From the sequence record LC592711.1: 64,000 nucleotides of DNA. The stretch is one strand, 5' to 3'. Every line of letters starts with the position of its first letter. Within the stretch, counting starts at the first letter, position 1. Under the pieces are notes generated by a model. It was not told the DNA's origin. It saw only the letters and a program-made list of their open reading frames with translations, and did not search any database. Positions 19,429-27,755 of this stretch are shown here, piece by piece. The translations under genes were made by a program, and so were the position numbers.

Positions 19429-20461
19429 CTTCAAGTGCACTTTCTGTTCGTCCACCGATATCCAGGGCGAATCTCCTAACCTGGATATCGAGTACATCAA
19501 GCTTTACCTGGAGCGCTTTCCCAAGACTCCGACCATCATTGTCAATGGTGGTGATCCACTGATGATGAAGCCTGAGTACTATTGGGCGATCTTGAAGATC
19601 ATCGAGGATATGGGGCTGACCACCACACTCTCGTTTACAAGCAATCTGTGGGCTTTCTACAAGAAGCCTGAGATGTGGGTGGACTTGTTCCGCCATCCGC
19701 TTGTAGGCGTGTCTACGAGCTTCCAATACGGCAATGCGCGGCTTAAGGGCGACCTCACTCCGTTTACCGAGGAAGAGTTCTGGAAAATCTCGGATCTGTT
19801 CCTGGAGAAGGTCGGTTATCGTCCATCTTTTATTGCTGTCATTACAAAAGAAAATGAGGATAGCAGTATCAAGACTGTCGAGCTTGCTAAACAGATGGGT
19901 GTTGTCTGTAAGCTCAACTATGCAATGGCCTCCGGACCCAAGACAACGTTCAAGGGAATCACGATCGGTAACGCCGATTCCACGTACGTCCTTGCGGATA
20001 TCTACGAAAAGTATATCGAGATCGCCGAAGCGGGTCTCGCGCCGTGGGAACATAACACGACGGTCATGATGAAACGGCTTCAGAGAACAGGTGCTCAGAT
20101 CTGTCCTCAGGCTCGTGAATGTGACACGGGCATTCGTGCATTGCAGCCAGGTGGCAAGTATTACAGCTGCGGTGCATTCGGAGACGACGGATTATATCCT
20201 ATCGACTTCACCAATGAGATGGCAGGTGCCTTCGAGCGCCCGTTGTCTTATCAGCCCGAGCTTCAATCGCTCAAAGAAAGCTGCTACGCATGTCCTATTT
20301 TTGACATCTGCAATGGTTGCCGTAAGACCATTCATGATCTCAAACGTCTTGACCTGGTGGAGACCCACTGCTCCAAGATGAAGACGCTCGCCGCTAAGAT
20401 TATCAAGATCAACAGGCTGGAAGGACAACTGGTCCCCACGCCTTACGTCAAGGAATCGTAA
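19385..20461 (+). CDS. Radical SAM/SPASM protein 4
   Basis: KPTEACNFKCTFC, NGGDPL, CPQARECD...PGGKYYSC...CYACPIFDICNGC...HC. Confidence 0.9.
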   Translation: MNHPSLIIKPTEACNFKCTFCSSTDIQGESPNLDIEYIKLYLERFPKTPTIIVNGGDPLMMKPEYYWAILKIIEDMGLTTTLSFTSNLWAFYKKPEMWVDLFRHPLVGVSTSFQYGNARLKGDLTPFTEEEFWKISDLFLEKVGYRPSFIAVITKENEDSSIKTVELAKQMGVVCKLNYAMASGPKTTFKGITIGNADSTYVLADIYEKYIEIAEAGLAPWEHNTTVMMKRLQRTGAQICPQARECDTGIRALQPGGKYYSCGAFGDDGLYPIDFTNEMAGAFERPLSYQPELQSLKESCYACPIFDICNGCRKTIHDLKRLDLVETHCSKMKTLAAKIIKINRLEGQLVPTPYVKES

Positions 20462-21007
20462 ATGGAACTGCTTCAACCTTGGAAGACGAGCATCGGTAAA
20501 ATGTCTGTGCTGGATTTCGTGGACATTGACTCGATGCTCAATGAAGTCATGCAACACCCGAAGGTCATGGAGAACCCGGTTAACGGGTCGCTTCGGGTGA
20601 AGTATGAAGAATTCCCGATCTGTTCGGATGTGCTGGAACACAAGCTCAAGCCGGAAGTCGAGAAGTACATCGAGATGATCGGTGGACGCGCTCCTCGCAG
20701 CCTCGCCTGGAGTAGCTGGTTTCACATCTGCATGCATGGTAACGGATTGATTCCGCACTACCATGACGAGGCACTGAATTCCGTTCTGTATTTTACAACG
20801 TCGAAGGCTAATCTAGTGCTACGCGACCCTCTGTCTTCCCAAGCAAGACAGTGGCCGCAGGACATGCGCAAGAAGATGCACGCCGACCAACAGTTTCACC
20901 CAGTCAAAGGCGACTTCCTGATGTTCCCGGGATACGTCGACCATTACGTTATGGCAGATGAACCGGACTTCCGGATCTCCATGGCAACTGACTGGATCTT
21001 TAGATAA
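20462..21007 (+). CDS. 2OG-Fe(II) oxygenase (2OG-FeII_Oxy_5-like)
   Basis: PHYHD...SVLY...LVLRDP...PVKGDFLMFPGYVDHYV...RISMA. Confidence 0.8.
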   Translation: MELLQPWKTSIGKMSVLDFVDIDSMLNEVMQHPKVMENPVNGSLRVKYEEFPICSDVLEHKLKPEVEKYIEMIGGRAPRSLAWSSWFHICMHGNGLIPHYHDEALNSVLYFTTSKANLVLRDPLSSQARQWPQDMRKKMHADQQFHPVKGDFLMFPGYVDHYVMADEPDFRISMATDWIFR

Positions 21008-21015
21008 GGTAAGTC

Positions 21016-21960
21016 ATGCTGGCTAACGAATCCGGGATTATCAACGTCTCGTTGAACCCAACGTACTACTGTAACTTCCGTTGCGACTTCTGTTACCTCA
21101 CGAAGAAGCAGCTGAACACTCAGGACTACTTGCCTGTGTCGGGTATCCGTAAGAAGCTTCAGGAGATCCTGGATTCGGGACACCAGATCGGACATGTGGA
21201 TTTCTACGGTGGTGAGGTAATGCTCCTGCCGATTCCTTATCTGCAGGAAGTGGAAAGTCTCCTCTTCGACGAGTTTCAGGTCGAAGATGTAGAGATCATT
21301 ACCAACCTCTCAGCCTACAAAAAACCGATCGTTGAGGACACGCGATTTGGTCTTTCTGTGAGCTACGATTTCGAGCATCGAGCCCAGCACGAACACGTGT
21401 GGCAAAACATGCTAAAAGTCCCGAAACCCTTTACTGTATTGACTTTGGGGGTGGGGGGCATGCTTGAGAGTGACCCTGCTGAACTGGTCGAAAAGATCAA
21501 TTTGCTGGAGAACTGCAAGGCTTGGGAAATCAAGCCATACAGCAAGAACCAGGCGAATCAGCTGGACGTCACAGACAAGCAATTCGAAGAGTTCGTCAAG
21601 AAAATCATCGAGTACCCGAACAAGCAGTTCGAGTTCTTGAATGAGACGAAACTGAGGACGATTAAGTTCCGTGACTACAACGCGTTCTCCGACAACCACG
21701 TCTACATCACGCCCAAGGGTAACTTCGGCGTGTTGGAGTTCGACGAGAACGATCGTGAGTTCTTCCTCGAACTGAAGACCATGGACCAATACGTCATGTG
21801 GACTCAGGGCGAGAAAGCTCGCGTCATGTCGAACGCAACCTGTGGTAGCTGCCAGTACATGGGTAAGTGCGCCTCTGAGCATCTGCGCGATGTCCAGTCC
21901 ATGGAGAACAGCTGCAACGGATTCTACAACCTGATTCAATGGTACGAGGAAAGACCATGA
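21016..21960 (+). CDS. Radical SAM protein 5 with SPASM/twitch-like C-terminus
   Basis: NPTYYCNFRCDFCY, YGGEV, HVYITPKG, CGSCQYMGKC...C. Confidence 0.87.
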   Translation: MLANESGIINVSLNPTYYCNFRCDFCYLTKKQLNTQDYLPVSGIRKKLQEILDSGHQIGHVDFYGGEVMLLPIPYLQEVESLLFDEFQVEDVEIITNLSAYKKPIVEDTRFGLSVSYDFEHRAQHEHVWQNMLKVPKPFTVLTLGVGGMLESDPAELVEKINLLENCKAWEIKPYSKNQANQLDVTDKQFEEFVKKIIEYPNKQFEFLNETKLRTIKFRDYNAFSDNHVYITPKGNFGVLEFDENDREFFLELKTMDQYVMWTQGEKARVMSNATCGSCQYMGKCASEHLRDVQSMENSCNGFYNLIQWYEERP

Positions 21961-22514
21961 CTGTAAGTCGCATGTGGGAGACTCCCATTGGCGAACGTAA
22001 TCTGGAGCCGAAGGTTACGTTCTACAAATTGCTGGATGAGGTAATGAACCATCCAGCAATTATGCAAGACATCAAAGTCGGCTCGCTTCGTATCTCCGAT
22101 CGAAAAGACGAATTCCCTGAGTGCACGCGTTTCATCGAGCACCATCTCATGGACGAAATGAAGGGATACGTCTATCAGGAATTCGGCGCTCGCGTCAAAG
22201 ACGTGAAGTGGTCGGCCTGGATTCATACGTGTTTCGGTGGTACAGGGCTCGTGCCGCATTACCACATGGGGCCTGAGCATTTCGCCTCGATTTTGTATTT
22301 GACTGACTCGAAAGCAAGTCTGATCATTCGAGATCCACGCGCCAACATGGTCCGTAATTTCCCTCAGGAGTTGAAGCATAACTTCGCGGACTATAAGGTC
22401 GATCCTCGGGTAGGTGACTTCGTGATTTTCCCTACTTACCTCGATCATTACGTGATGGCGGCTGAGCCCGACATGCGCGTCTCGATCGCTATCGATTGGT
22501 GTCTCGATGATTAA
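21957..22514 (+). CDS. 2OG-Fe(II) oxygenase (2OG-FeII_Oxy_5-like), paralog of 20462..21007
   Basis: PHYH...SILY...LIIRDP...PRVGDFVIFPTYLDHYV...RVSIA; ATG overlaps the rSAM5 stop (ATGA). Confidence 0.8.
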   Translation: MTVSRMWETPIGERNLEPKVTFYKLLDEVMNHPAIMQDIKVGSLRISDRKDEFPECTRFIEHHLMDEMKGYVYQEFGARVKDVKWSAWIHTCFGGTGLVPHYHMGPEHFASILYLTDSKASLIIRDPRANMVRNFPQELKHNFADYKVDPRVGDFVIFPTYLDHYVMAAEPDMRVSIAIDWCLDD

Positions 22515-23214
22515 ACCGATTACGCAAGCGGATATCGACGCTCTCAGGGCGTTGACTGAAGTACATCCCGTCTCCATCTCTGGACTCGAAATGCCGACTC
22601 TCCTCGATTACCTGCATGAAACGAAACCGTTCAGTGCAGATGACTTCCTGGGCGATTACCTGACGAAGGGGTTCTACTCCTTCAGCGCCAAAAAGCTGTT
22701 GTCGCCAATCGAAATCCAACGTTTCGAAGTCGTCAAGGTGAAACACGAAGACAACTGCTTCCACGCAGAAGGTCACGAGTTCCACAACGACTACATGCGC
22801 CTGTCGATCGAACAGCTGCAACGCGATCTTCGTCGTCTGTTGCATCAGGTGCCCGCCGAACTCACATTCGACTTCTACACGGACTCGGTCAATGACCACG
22901 TGCAGATGTGGCATAGCGATGCGCAGTACGCAATGCCTGAACAGAACGCAACCATCAACTGCTTCTTCGACAATACGTCGGAAATGCTGGGTGGTCGTTT
23001 TGACATGGCTCCGTACAGCCAGGACATCATCGGCACAAAGAAGCTCCCTGGCTACTTCACGTCGATCTATCCGCAAGCCTACGACGTGATCATTTTCAAC
23101 CAGAACCGGAACTTCCTGCATAAGGCAATTCCGTCGCAGATGCGTCGTCGCATGGTTTCGTTCGCAGCAACGTTCGCAGATATCAACCCACTTCTTCCGA
23201 ATTGGCAGCCATGA
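22507..23214 (+). CDS. 2OG-Fe(II) oxygenase (prolyl-hydroxylase-like fold)
   Basis: WHSD...INCFFD...GG...DVIIFNQ...FLHKA...RRMVSF gives HxD...H...R. Confidence 0.75.
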   Translation: MIKPITQADIDALRALTEVHPVSISGLEMPTLLDYLHETKPFSADDFLGDYLTKGFYSFSAKKLLSPIEIQRFEVVKVKHEDNCFHAEGHEFHNDYMRLSIEQLQRDLRRLLHQVPAELTFDFYTDSVNDHVQMWHSDAQYAMPEQNATINCFFDNTSEMLGGRFDMAPYSQDIIGTKKLPGYFTSIYPQAYDVIIFNQNRNFLHKAIPSQMRRRMVSFAATFADINPLLPNWQP

Positions 23215-23792
23215 TCGACACAGGCGAATTCATCAGCGAGTATCTGACCAAAGGTTTTTATCGTTTCGATGCATCGGAGGTTCTCTCCAGATTCGATATC
23301 AGGGCTTTTGGGGCGATCAAGAAAACGGACGCAACATTCGACACGGAAGATCCGCAAGAGCGCTACAAGGCTTATACGCCAGCGCAAACGGTACTCCTGC
23401 GTCAATTGTTGAAGGATATCTCTGAAGTCTACTTCAGCGACCTCAACCATGAGCTCCGTTTCAACGATATGTGGGCGTCGGCGAACCCGTACACCTACTC
23501 CTGGCACAACGACACACTGCGCTGCTGGCCTGGTTTCAACAGCAATGTGAACTGCTATTTCGATAGCATGGACGAAGGTATCGGCGGTGCGTTGCAGATG
23601 CACCCGATGGTGGAAGATTACGATTCGATCGCTGACGACAGCCCGCTGATTGCCGAAGTCTTCCCCCAGAAGTACGACATCATCGTCATCAACCAGAACA
23701 GCACGTTCCTGCACCGCGTCCGTCATACGGAAGAGAAGCGCACGATGCTCTCGTTCGCAGCAGGCTTCTTCGACTTCAACCCGGTCTTCTGA
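23211..23792 (+). CDS. 2OG-Fe(II) oxygenase, paralog of 22507..23214
   Basis: WHND...VNCYFD...GGAL...DIIVINQ...FLHRV...RTMLSF; ATGA overlap with the upstream stop. Confidence 0.75.
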   Translation: MIDTGEFISEYLTKGFYRFDASEVLSRFDIRAFGAIKKTDATFDTEDPQERYKAYTPAQTVLLRQLLKDISEVYFSDLNHELRFNDMWASANPYTYSWHNDTLRCWPGFNSNVNCYFDSMDEGIGGALQMHPMVEDYDSIADDSPLIAEVFPQKYDIIVINQNSTFLHRVRHTEEKRTMLSFAAGFFDFNPVF

Positions 23793-23794
23793 TC

Positions 23795-24214
23795 ATGCAA
23801 GAATGGAAGATGTGGAGAGAGGTCTACAACAACCTCGTTACGGATCATACCGATGCAAGACACAAACACGCCTTCGTCGTCAGTGACACAGTCGTCGACG
23901 ATGCAATCGAATACATCACGAATCGCAGTGAACTGGGCCGCTATCCAGGCAAAAGTCGAATCGTGGCTATCATCTATGCGTTCTGTGTTTCGGAAACTTA
24001 CGGAGAAGATTTTCTCCAGGTTCTCGACGATCCTGAACTCTTCCACAGCCCGGACGAATTCTTTGTCCCGTATTCGCAAGACAAAGACTCATACGACGCG
24101 ATCCTTGCCCGTCTCAAAGACATCCCTGGTTGGATTGAAGGGGGTTGGGCACCGAAGACGGTTGAGTACTTCCACCTGGAGTGTACTGAAGCGGGCGTAG
24201 CATCGATCAGCTGA
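23795..24214 (+). CDS. Hypothetical protein (last gene of the radical SAM island)
   Basis: 139 aa, starts 2 nt after the upstream stop; no motif recognised. Confidence 0.65.
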   Translation: MQEWKMWREVYNNLVTDHTDARHKHAFVVSDTVVDDAIEYITNRSELGRYPGKSRIVAIIYAFCVSETYGEDFLQVLDDPELFHSPDEFFVPYSQDKDSYDAILARLKDIPGWIEGGWAPKTVEYFHLECTEAGVASIS

Positions 24215-24246
24215 TCCTATAGTGTCCGACTAACTAGGGGATTATT

Positions 24247-24633
24247 GTGGGTTTCGATCTCACCAAACTCGGCAACGCTTTTCAGACTTTGACCACGTGG
24301 GTAACCGCTGGTCTGGCAAAGAAAGCAGACGCCACAGCAACATCCAATGCTCTGGCCACTAAGGCAGATGCTACTGCGACGACCAATGCACTGGCTGCCA
24401 AAGCCAATGCTACAGATCTCGCAACCACCAACACAAATCTGTCGAACCTCACGACTACCGTGGGAACGAAAGCTGATGCGACGGCAACGTCGAATGCATT
24501 GGCAACGAAAGCTGATGCAACCGCCACCACCAATGCCTTGGCAGGCAAGCAGAGTACGGTTCTGACAGGAACGGCTGCTCCTGCTGCTGGCGTGGGTAAT
24601 AACGGTGACGTGTTCCTCGTAACCGATACCTGA
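24247..24633 (+). CDS. Short Ala/Thr-rich fibre-like protein with KADATAT(S/T)NAL repeats
   Basis: GTG start after agggg; 11-residue repeats; C-terminal GTAAPAAGVGNNGDVF motif typical of phage fibres. Confidence 0.65.
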   Translation: MGFDLTKLGNAFQTLTTWVTAGLAKKADATATSNALATKADATATTNALAAKANATDLATTNTNLSNLTTTVGTKADATATSNALATKADATATTNALAGKQSTVLTGTAAPAAGVGNNGDVFLVTDT

Positions 24634-24640
24634 TGTACGA

Positions 24641-24674
24641 CATATACTCCTGGGCGCAAGCCCAGGAGTATATG
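24641..24674. terminator. Hairpin between convergent genes
   Basis: catatactcctggg-cgcaag-cccaggagtatatg. Confidence 0.72.
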
Positions 24675-24685
24675 CTCTATGTCTG

Positions 24686-25375
24686 TCAACCACCGCCGCT
24701 ATACCAGTTGTTTTCCCAGATGAAGCAAGGAACCGCGATTGCTGCATTCGGGTCACCCGTACCAGTTCCAGGATCCCCTGCCGGATAAGTGACGCCGTTA
24801 TTGGCTTCGACAAAAGGCGCCGAACCGACTTTACCCAGCAGCATGTAGGCTGAGCGATATGCGAAGTTGGCATTACCGTAAATGCCGGAAGTACCTCCAA
24901 CGCGATAGACGGCTGCTGGCAGGCTGTTTCTCAGACGACCACCATACGGTTCATCGAAGCTCACCAATGCAAACAACTGGCCGTTGGGCATTGCGTTGAG
25001 GTCGTTGGTCAACGCATCGATCTGACCGCTAACGGGAGGTTGCGTATTGTCCTTCAGGTACGCATCCTCACCGAAGACGTCATACGCCCTCTGGAAAGTC
25101 ATGTTGCCGTACTTGTCGAACTGGATCAAGTTATAGCTTCGAGCAGCAGACTCGATCTGTATGCCGTTTCTCCAGATGCCTTTGTTGGCTTGAGGATACA
25201 GCGTTTGCGAAAGACCGAGCGCAAAGATCGAAAAGTTGTGACGACCAAACGTTTGCTTCCAGACTCCGCCTTGTTTGACATAGACCGAGTTTACCCGTTT
25301 CCAGGCCCCGGCCGCCTTGTAGTAGATTTGAGCAACGTGATGCCAGGCACTCGCTGCTTTAGAATAAATGGTCAT
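24686..25375 (-). CDS. Tail accessory protein: GGxWK repeats plus ILEI/PANDER-like domain
   Basis: MTIYSKAASAWH..KAAGAWK..KQGGVWK, then RSYNLIQFD...YDVFG...ALVSFDE...FAYRSAYMLLGKVG resembling ILEI domains; ATG 25375 abuts the upstream stop. Confidence 0.6.
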   Translation of the reverse strand: MTIYSKAASAWHHVAQIYYKAAGAWKRVNSVYVKQGGVWKQTFGRHNFSIFALGLSQTLYPQANKGIWRNGIQIESAARSYNLIQFDKYGNMTFQRAYDVFGEDAYLKDNTQPPVSGQIDALTNDLNAMPNGQLFALVSFDEPYGGRLRNSLPAAVYRVGGTSGIYGNANFAYRSAYMLLGKVGSAPFVEANNGVTYPAGDPGTGTGDPNAAIAVPCFIWENNWYSGGG

Positions 25376-25376
25376 G

Positions 25377-26099
25377 TTAATTAGGATAAAGTCCGGTACT
25401 GGGGGTGAATGCGGAAGTATACAGACAATAATTGTAAATACGAACACGATCCAGATAACCGTTAAATCCAGCGTAGGTTGAGCCGGAGAGTCGGTTATCG
25501 TAATACCCAGCGATATTCAGATTGCCGCCGAAACCAACAGTACCCAAGGCTGATGTACTTGATCCCGCCACTGCACCATTCACAAACAGGTAAGTAGTCG
25601 ATCCAGCACGCCCTAAGGCAAAATGATTCCACGAGTTGTTGGTAACGGCGATATTGCCGGTGAGGAAAGCTGTATCGCCCGTTCCACTCGGCGTACGTAG
25701 AGCCAGTTTCAGGTTATCAAGATGCCAGCGCCATACGCCGCCAGTAGCGCTATAGGCACCATACGAAAGGATGGTGTTATAGCCGCCTGTGTAAAGGGTA
25801 TTACCTTGTCCGAGACAATAACCCCAGGCTTCCATCCAGAAGTCACCAGAAAACTTCAGATCGGAGGTAAGCGGAGTTGCAAGATAAACACTTCCTCCCG
25901 CGGCCACTTGGCTTTGGTTAAGACTTTTTGTACCGTTCTTCGATTGCGCAGTAGATAGAGTGAGTCCGCCGCCTCCACCCGCGGTTGAAAAACTTCGACT
26001 GGTAAGAACAGAGTCCTTAACAACTGCATCTTCGAAGTCCAGTGCCATGCTGAGTCCGGGCACTGAAGCTTTCTTGCTTAAAAGCATCGCGTCTAACAT
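25377..26099 (-). CDS. LamG/ConA-like lectin domain protein
   Basis: Starts MLDAMLLSKK (ATG 26099); GDFWMEAW...WNHFALGRAGSTTYLFVNG...GFNGYLDRVRI. Confidence 0.75.
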   Translation of the reverse strand: MLDAMLLSKKASVPGLSMALDFEDAVVKDSVLTSRSFSTAGGGGGLTLSTAQSKNGTKSLNQSQVAAGGSVYLATPLTSDLKFSGDFWMEAWGYCLGQGNTLYTGGYNTILSYGAYSATGGVWRWHLDNLKLALRTPSGTGDTAFLTGNIAVTNNSWNHFALGRAGSTTYLFVNGAVAGSSTSALGTVGFGGNLNIAGYYDNRLSGSTYAGFNGYLDRVRIYNYCLYTSAFTPSTGLYPN

Positions 26100-26158
26100 A
26101 ACTGTTCTCAGTAAATGATCATAAAATCTTGTGACAATGCTGCTTTTTAGGAAACAAT

Positions 26159-26635
26159 ATGTTGACGCCAATAATGATGTCGAAGAAGAAAGCATCGAAT
26201 ATAGGCGGAACTTACAGATACCTTCGCCTAAACAACATCCTGCCACCGTCTGGAACCAGTTATGCAATGATAGTTGAAATCGAAGTTTTCGATTCATCTG
26301 TCGGGACTAATTGGTGCTGGCAACCTGGAGTAGTGGCTTCAGCTTCGAGTTCATATACTGGTCAGCCTCCTTCGGCCGCTATCGATGGCGTCATCGGTAC
26401 GAATGCAGGAAATCGCTGGACGTCAAATGGCGGTACTGGCCAATGGTTTATGGTCGACTTCGGTCAAGCCCGATACTTTGATTCGATTCAGTTGGCGGTA
26501 TGGACTGGATTTAACCAGGATCCGACCAGTTTCACCATTCAGGGCAGTAATAACGGTAGTACTTTTACCGACTTGAAATCCGTGAATCGTGGACTCTATT
26601 CCAATCTCACACTTACTGAGGTATACAAGACATGA
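26159..26635 (+). CDS. F5/8 type C (discoidin) domain protein
   Basis: ASASSSY...PPSAAIDG...RWTS...QWFMVDFG...FTIQGSNNG. Confidence 0.78.
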   Translation: MLTPIMMSKKKASNIGGTYRYLRLNNILPPSGTSYAMIVEIEVFDSSVGTNWCWQPGVVASASSSYTGQPPSAAIDGVIGTNAGNRWTSNGGTGQWFMVDFGQARYFDSIQLAVWTGFNQDPTSFTIQGSNNGSTFTDLKSVNRGLYSNLTLTEVYKT

Positions 26636-27429
26636 ATTACGATCCGGTTTACACCGCGGGGATCCAGAAGGCGATCAACGAGAAGGCTGGTCAGAATCTC
26701 AAACCCGACGGTGCGTTTGGTCCGATGTCAGTCGCAGCACTGCGTACCTGTCAGGCAAAGCTGGGTTGTCCGGTTACCGGCGTTTACGATGCGGCAACTT
26801 CGGCAATCCTCGATCCGTTCATCCGTCAGAAGTACTTGACGATGGCGTCGTTCCAGGCTGCTGCCCAGGCACTGGGCGTCACTCCCGCTCACGTTCGTAC
26901 CGTGTGTGCTGTGGAATCGAATGGCGCAGGCTTCCTGCCCGATGGTCGCGTGAAGATTCTCTTCGAACGCCACTGGTTCTCGGCATCCCTGATTGATCGC
27001 AAGATTCCGAACTACCAGACGCTTGCTGCTGCTAACAGCGACATCATCAACCATACGCCTGGTGGTTACATCGGCGGAACGGGCGAGTATCCACGTCTGG
27101 CACGTGCGATCAAGATCGATCCGTACTCGGCTTACTACGCGGCTTCCTATGGTCTTTTTCAGATCATGGGCTTCAACGCATCGTTCGCGGGTTACGGTAC
27201 GCCTGAAGCGCTTTACAATGCCTGCCAGCAATCGGAAACGAATCAGCTGCTCGCATTCGTGAGTTTCATCAAGAACTACCGCGCTGGTGTTCTGTGGACG
27301 GCACTCAAAGCGCAGGACTGGGTGAAGTTTGCTCTGAACTACAACGGTTCGAACTACAAGGCGAACCAGTACGATACGAAGCTGGCTACCAACTTCGCGA
27401 CGTACACCAACAACATCAACGCGGCATAA
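26632..27429 (+). CDS. Modular endolysin: peptidoglycan-binding domain + N-acetylmuramidase (DUF3380-type)
   Basis: LKPDGAFGP...QAKLG..VTG; AVESNGAGF...KILFERHWF; SYGLFQIMGFN; FALNYNG. Confidence 0.87.
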   Translation: MNYDPVYTAGIQKAINEKAGQNLKPDGAFGPMSVAALRTCQAKLGCPVTGVYDAATSAILDPFIRQKYLTMASFQAAAQALGVTPAHVRTVCAVESNGAGFLPDGRVKILFERHWFSASLIDRKIPNYQTLAAANSDIINHTPGGYIGGTGEYPRLARAIKIDPYSAYYAASYGLFQIMGFNASFAGYGTPEALYNACQQSETNQLLAFVSFIKNYRAGVLWTALKAQDWVKFALNYNGSNYKANQYDTKLATNFATYTNNINAA

Positions 27430-27437
27430 AGCGACTA

Positions 27438-27467
27438 TCCTACTCCTGCCTTACGGCAGGAGTAGGA
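27438..27467. terminator. Hairpin between convergent genes
   Basis: tcctactcctgcc-ttac-ggcaggagtagga. Confidence 0.72.
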
Positions 27468-27476
27468 GTCTTTCGT

Positions 27477-27755
27477 TTAATACGGCATTGTGCTAGACAG
27501 ACGAACCATCACGCCACTGGTTTCGTCAAAGCGAAGATCGCCTTTGCGCATCACGCCAGCGTTAGGCTGGCAGAACTCGATGATCTGACCGTCGGTTGTT
27601 TTCACGTCGTAGTACGACTTGATGTAACCATTGCCGTCGAAGGGACGCCAATCGAAGTAGTCGTATCGGTGTTTAAACCGACCACCACTTTCGAACGATT
27701 TGATCTTCTCATCGTCAAAAGCTTTCTTCGCCTTATCCGCCTTCAAAAACGACAT
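27477..27755 (-). CDS. Hypothetical protein
   Basis: 92-aa ORF whose start overlaps the upstream stop by 1 nt. Confidence 0.55.
   Translation of the reverse strand: MSFLKADKAKKAFDDEKIKSFESGGRFKHRYDYFDWRPFDGNGYIKSYYDVKTTDGQIIEFCQPNAGVMRKGDLRFDETSGVMVRLSSTMPY

Noticed and set aside
24317-24545. Tandem repeats in the short fibre considered as a CRISPR or other DNA repeat array
   Set aside because: Repeats are conserved at protein level (KADATATxNAL) with synonymous divergence, and there are no unique spacers.
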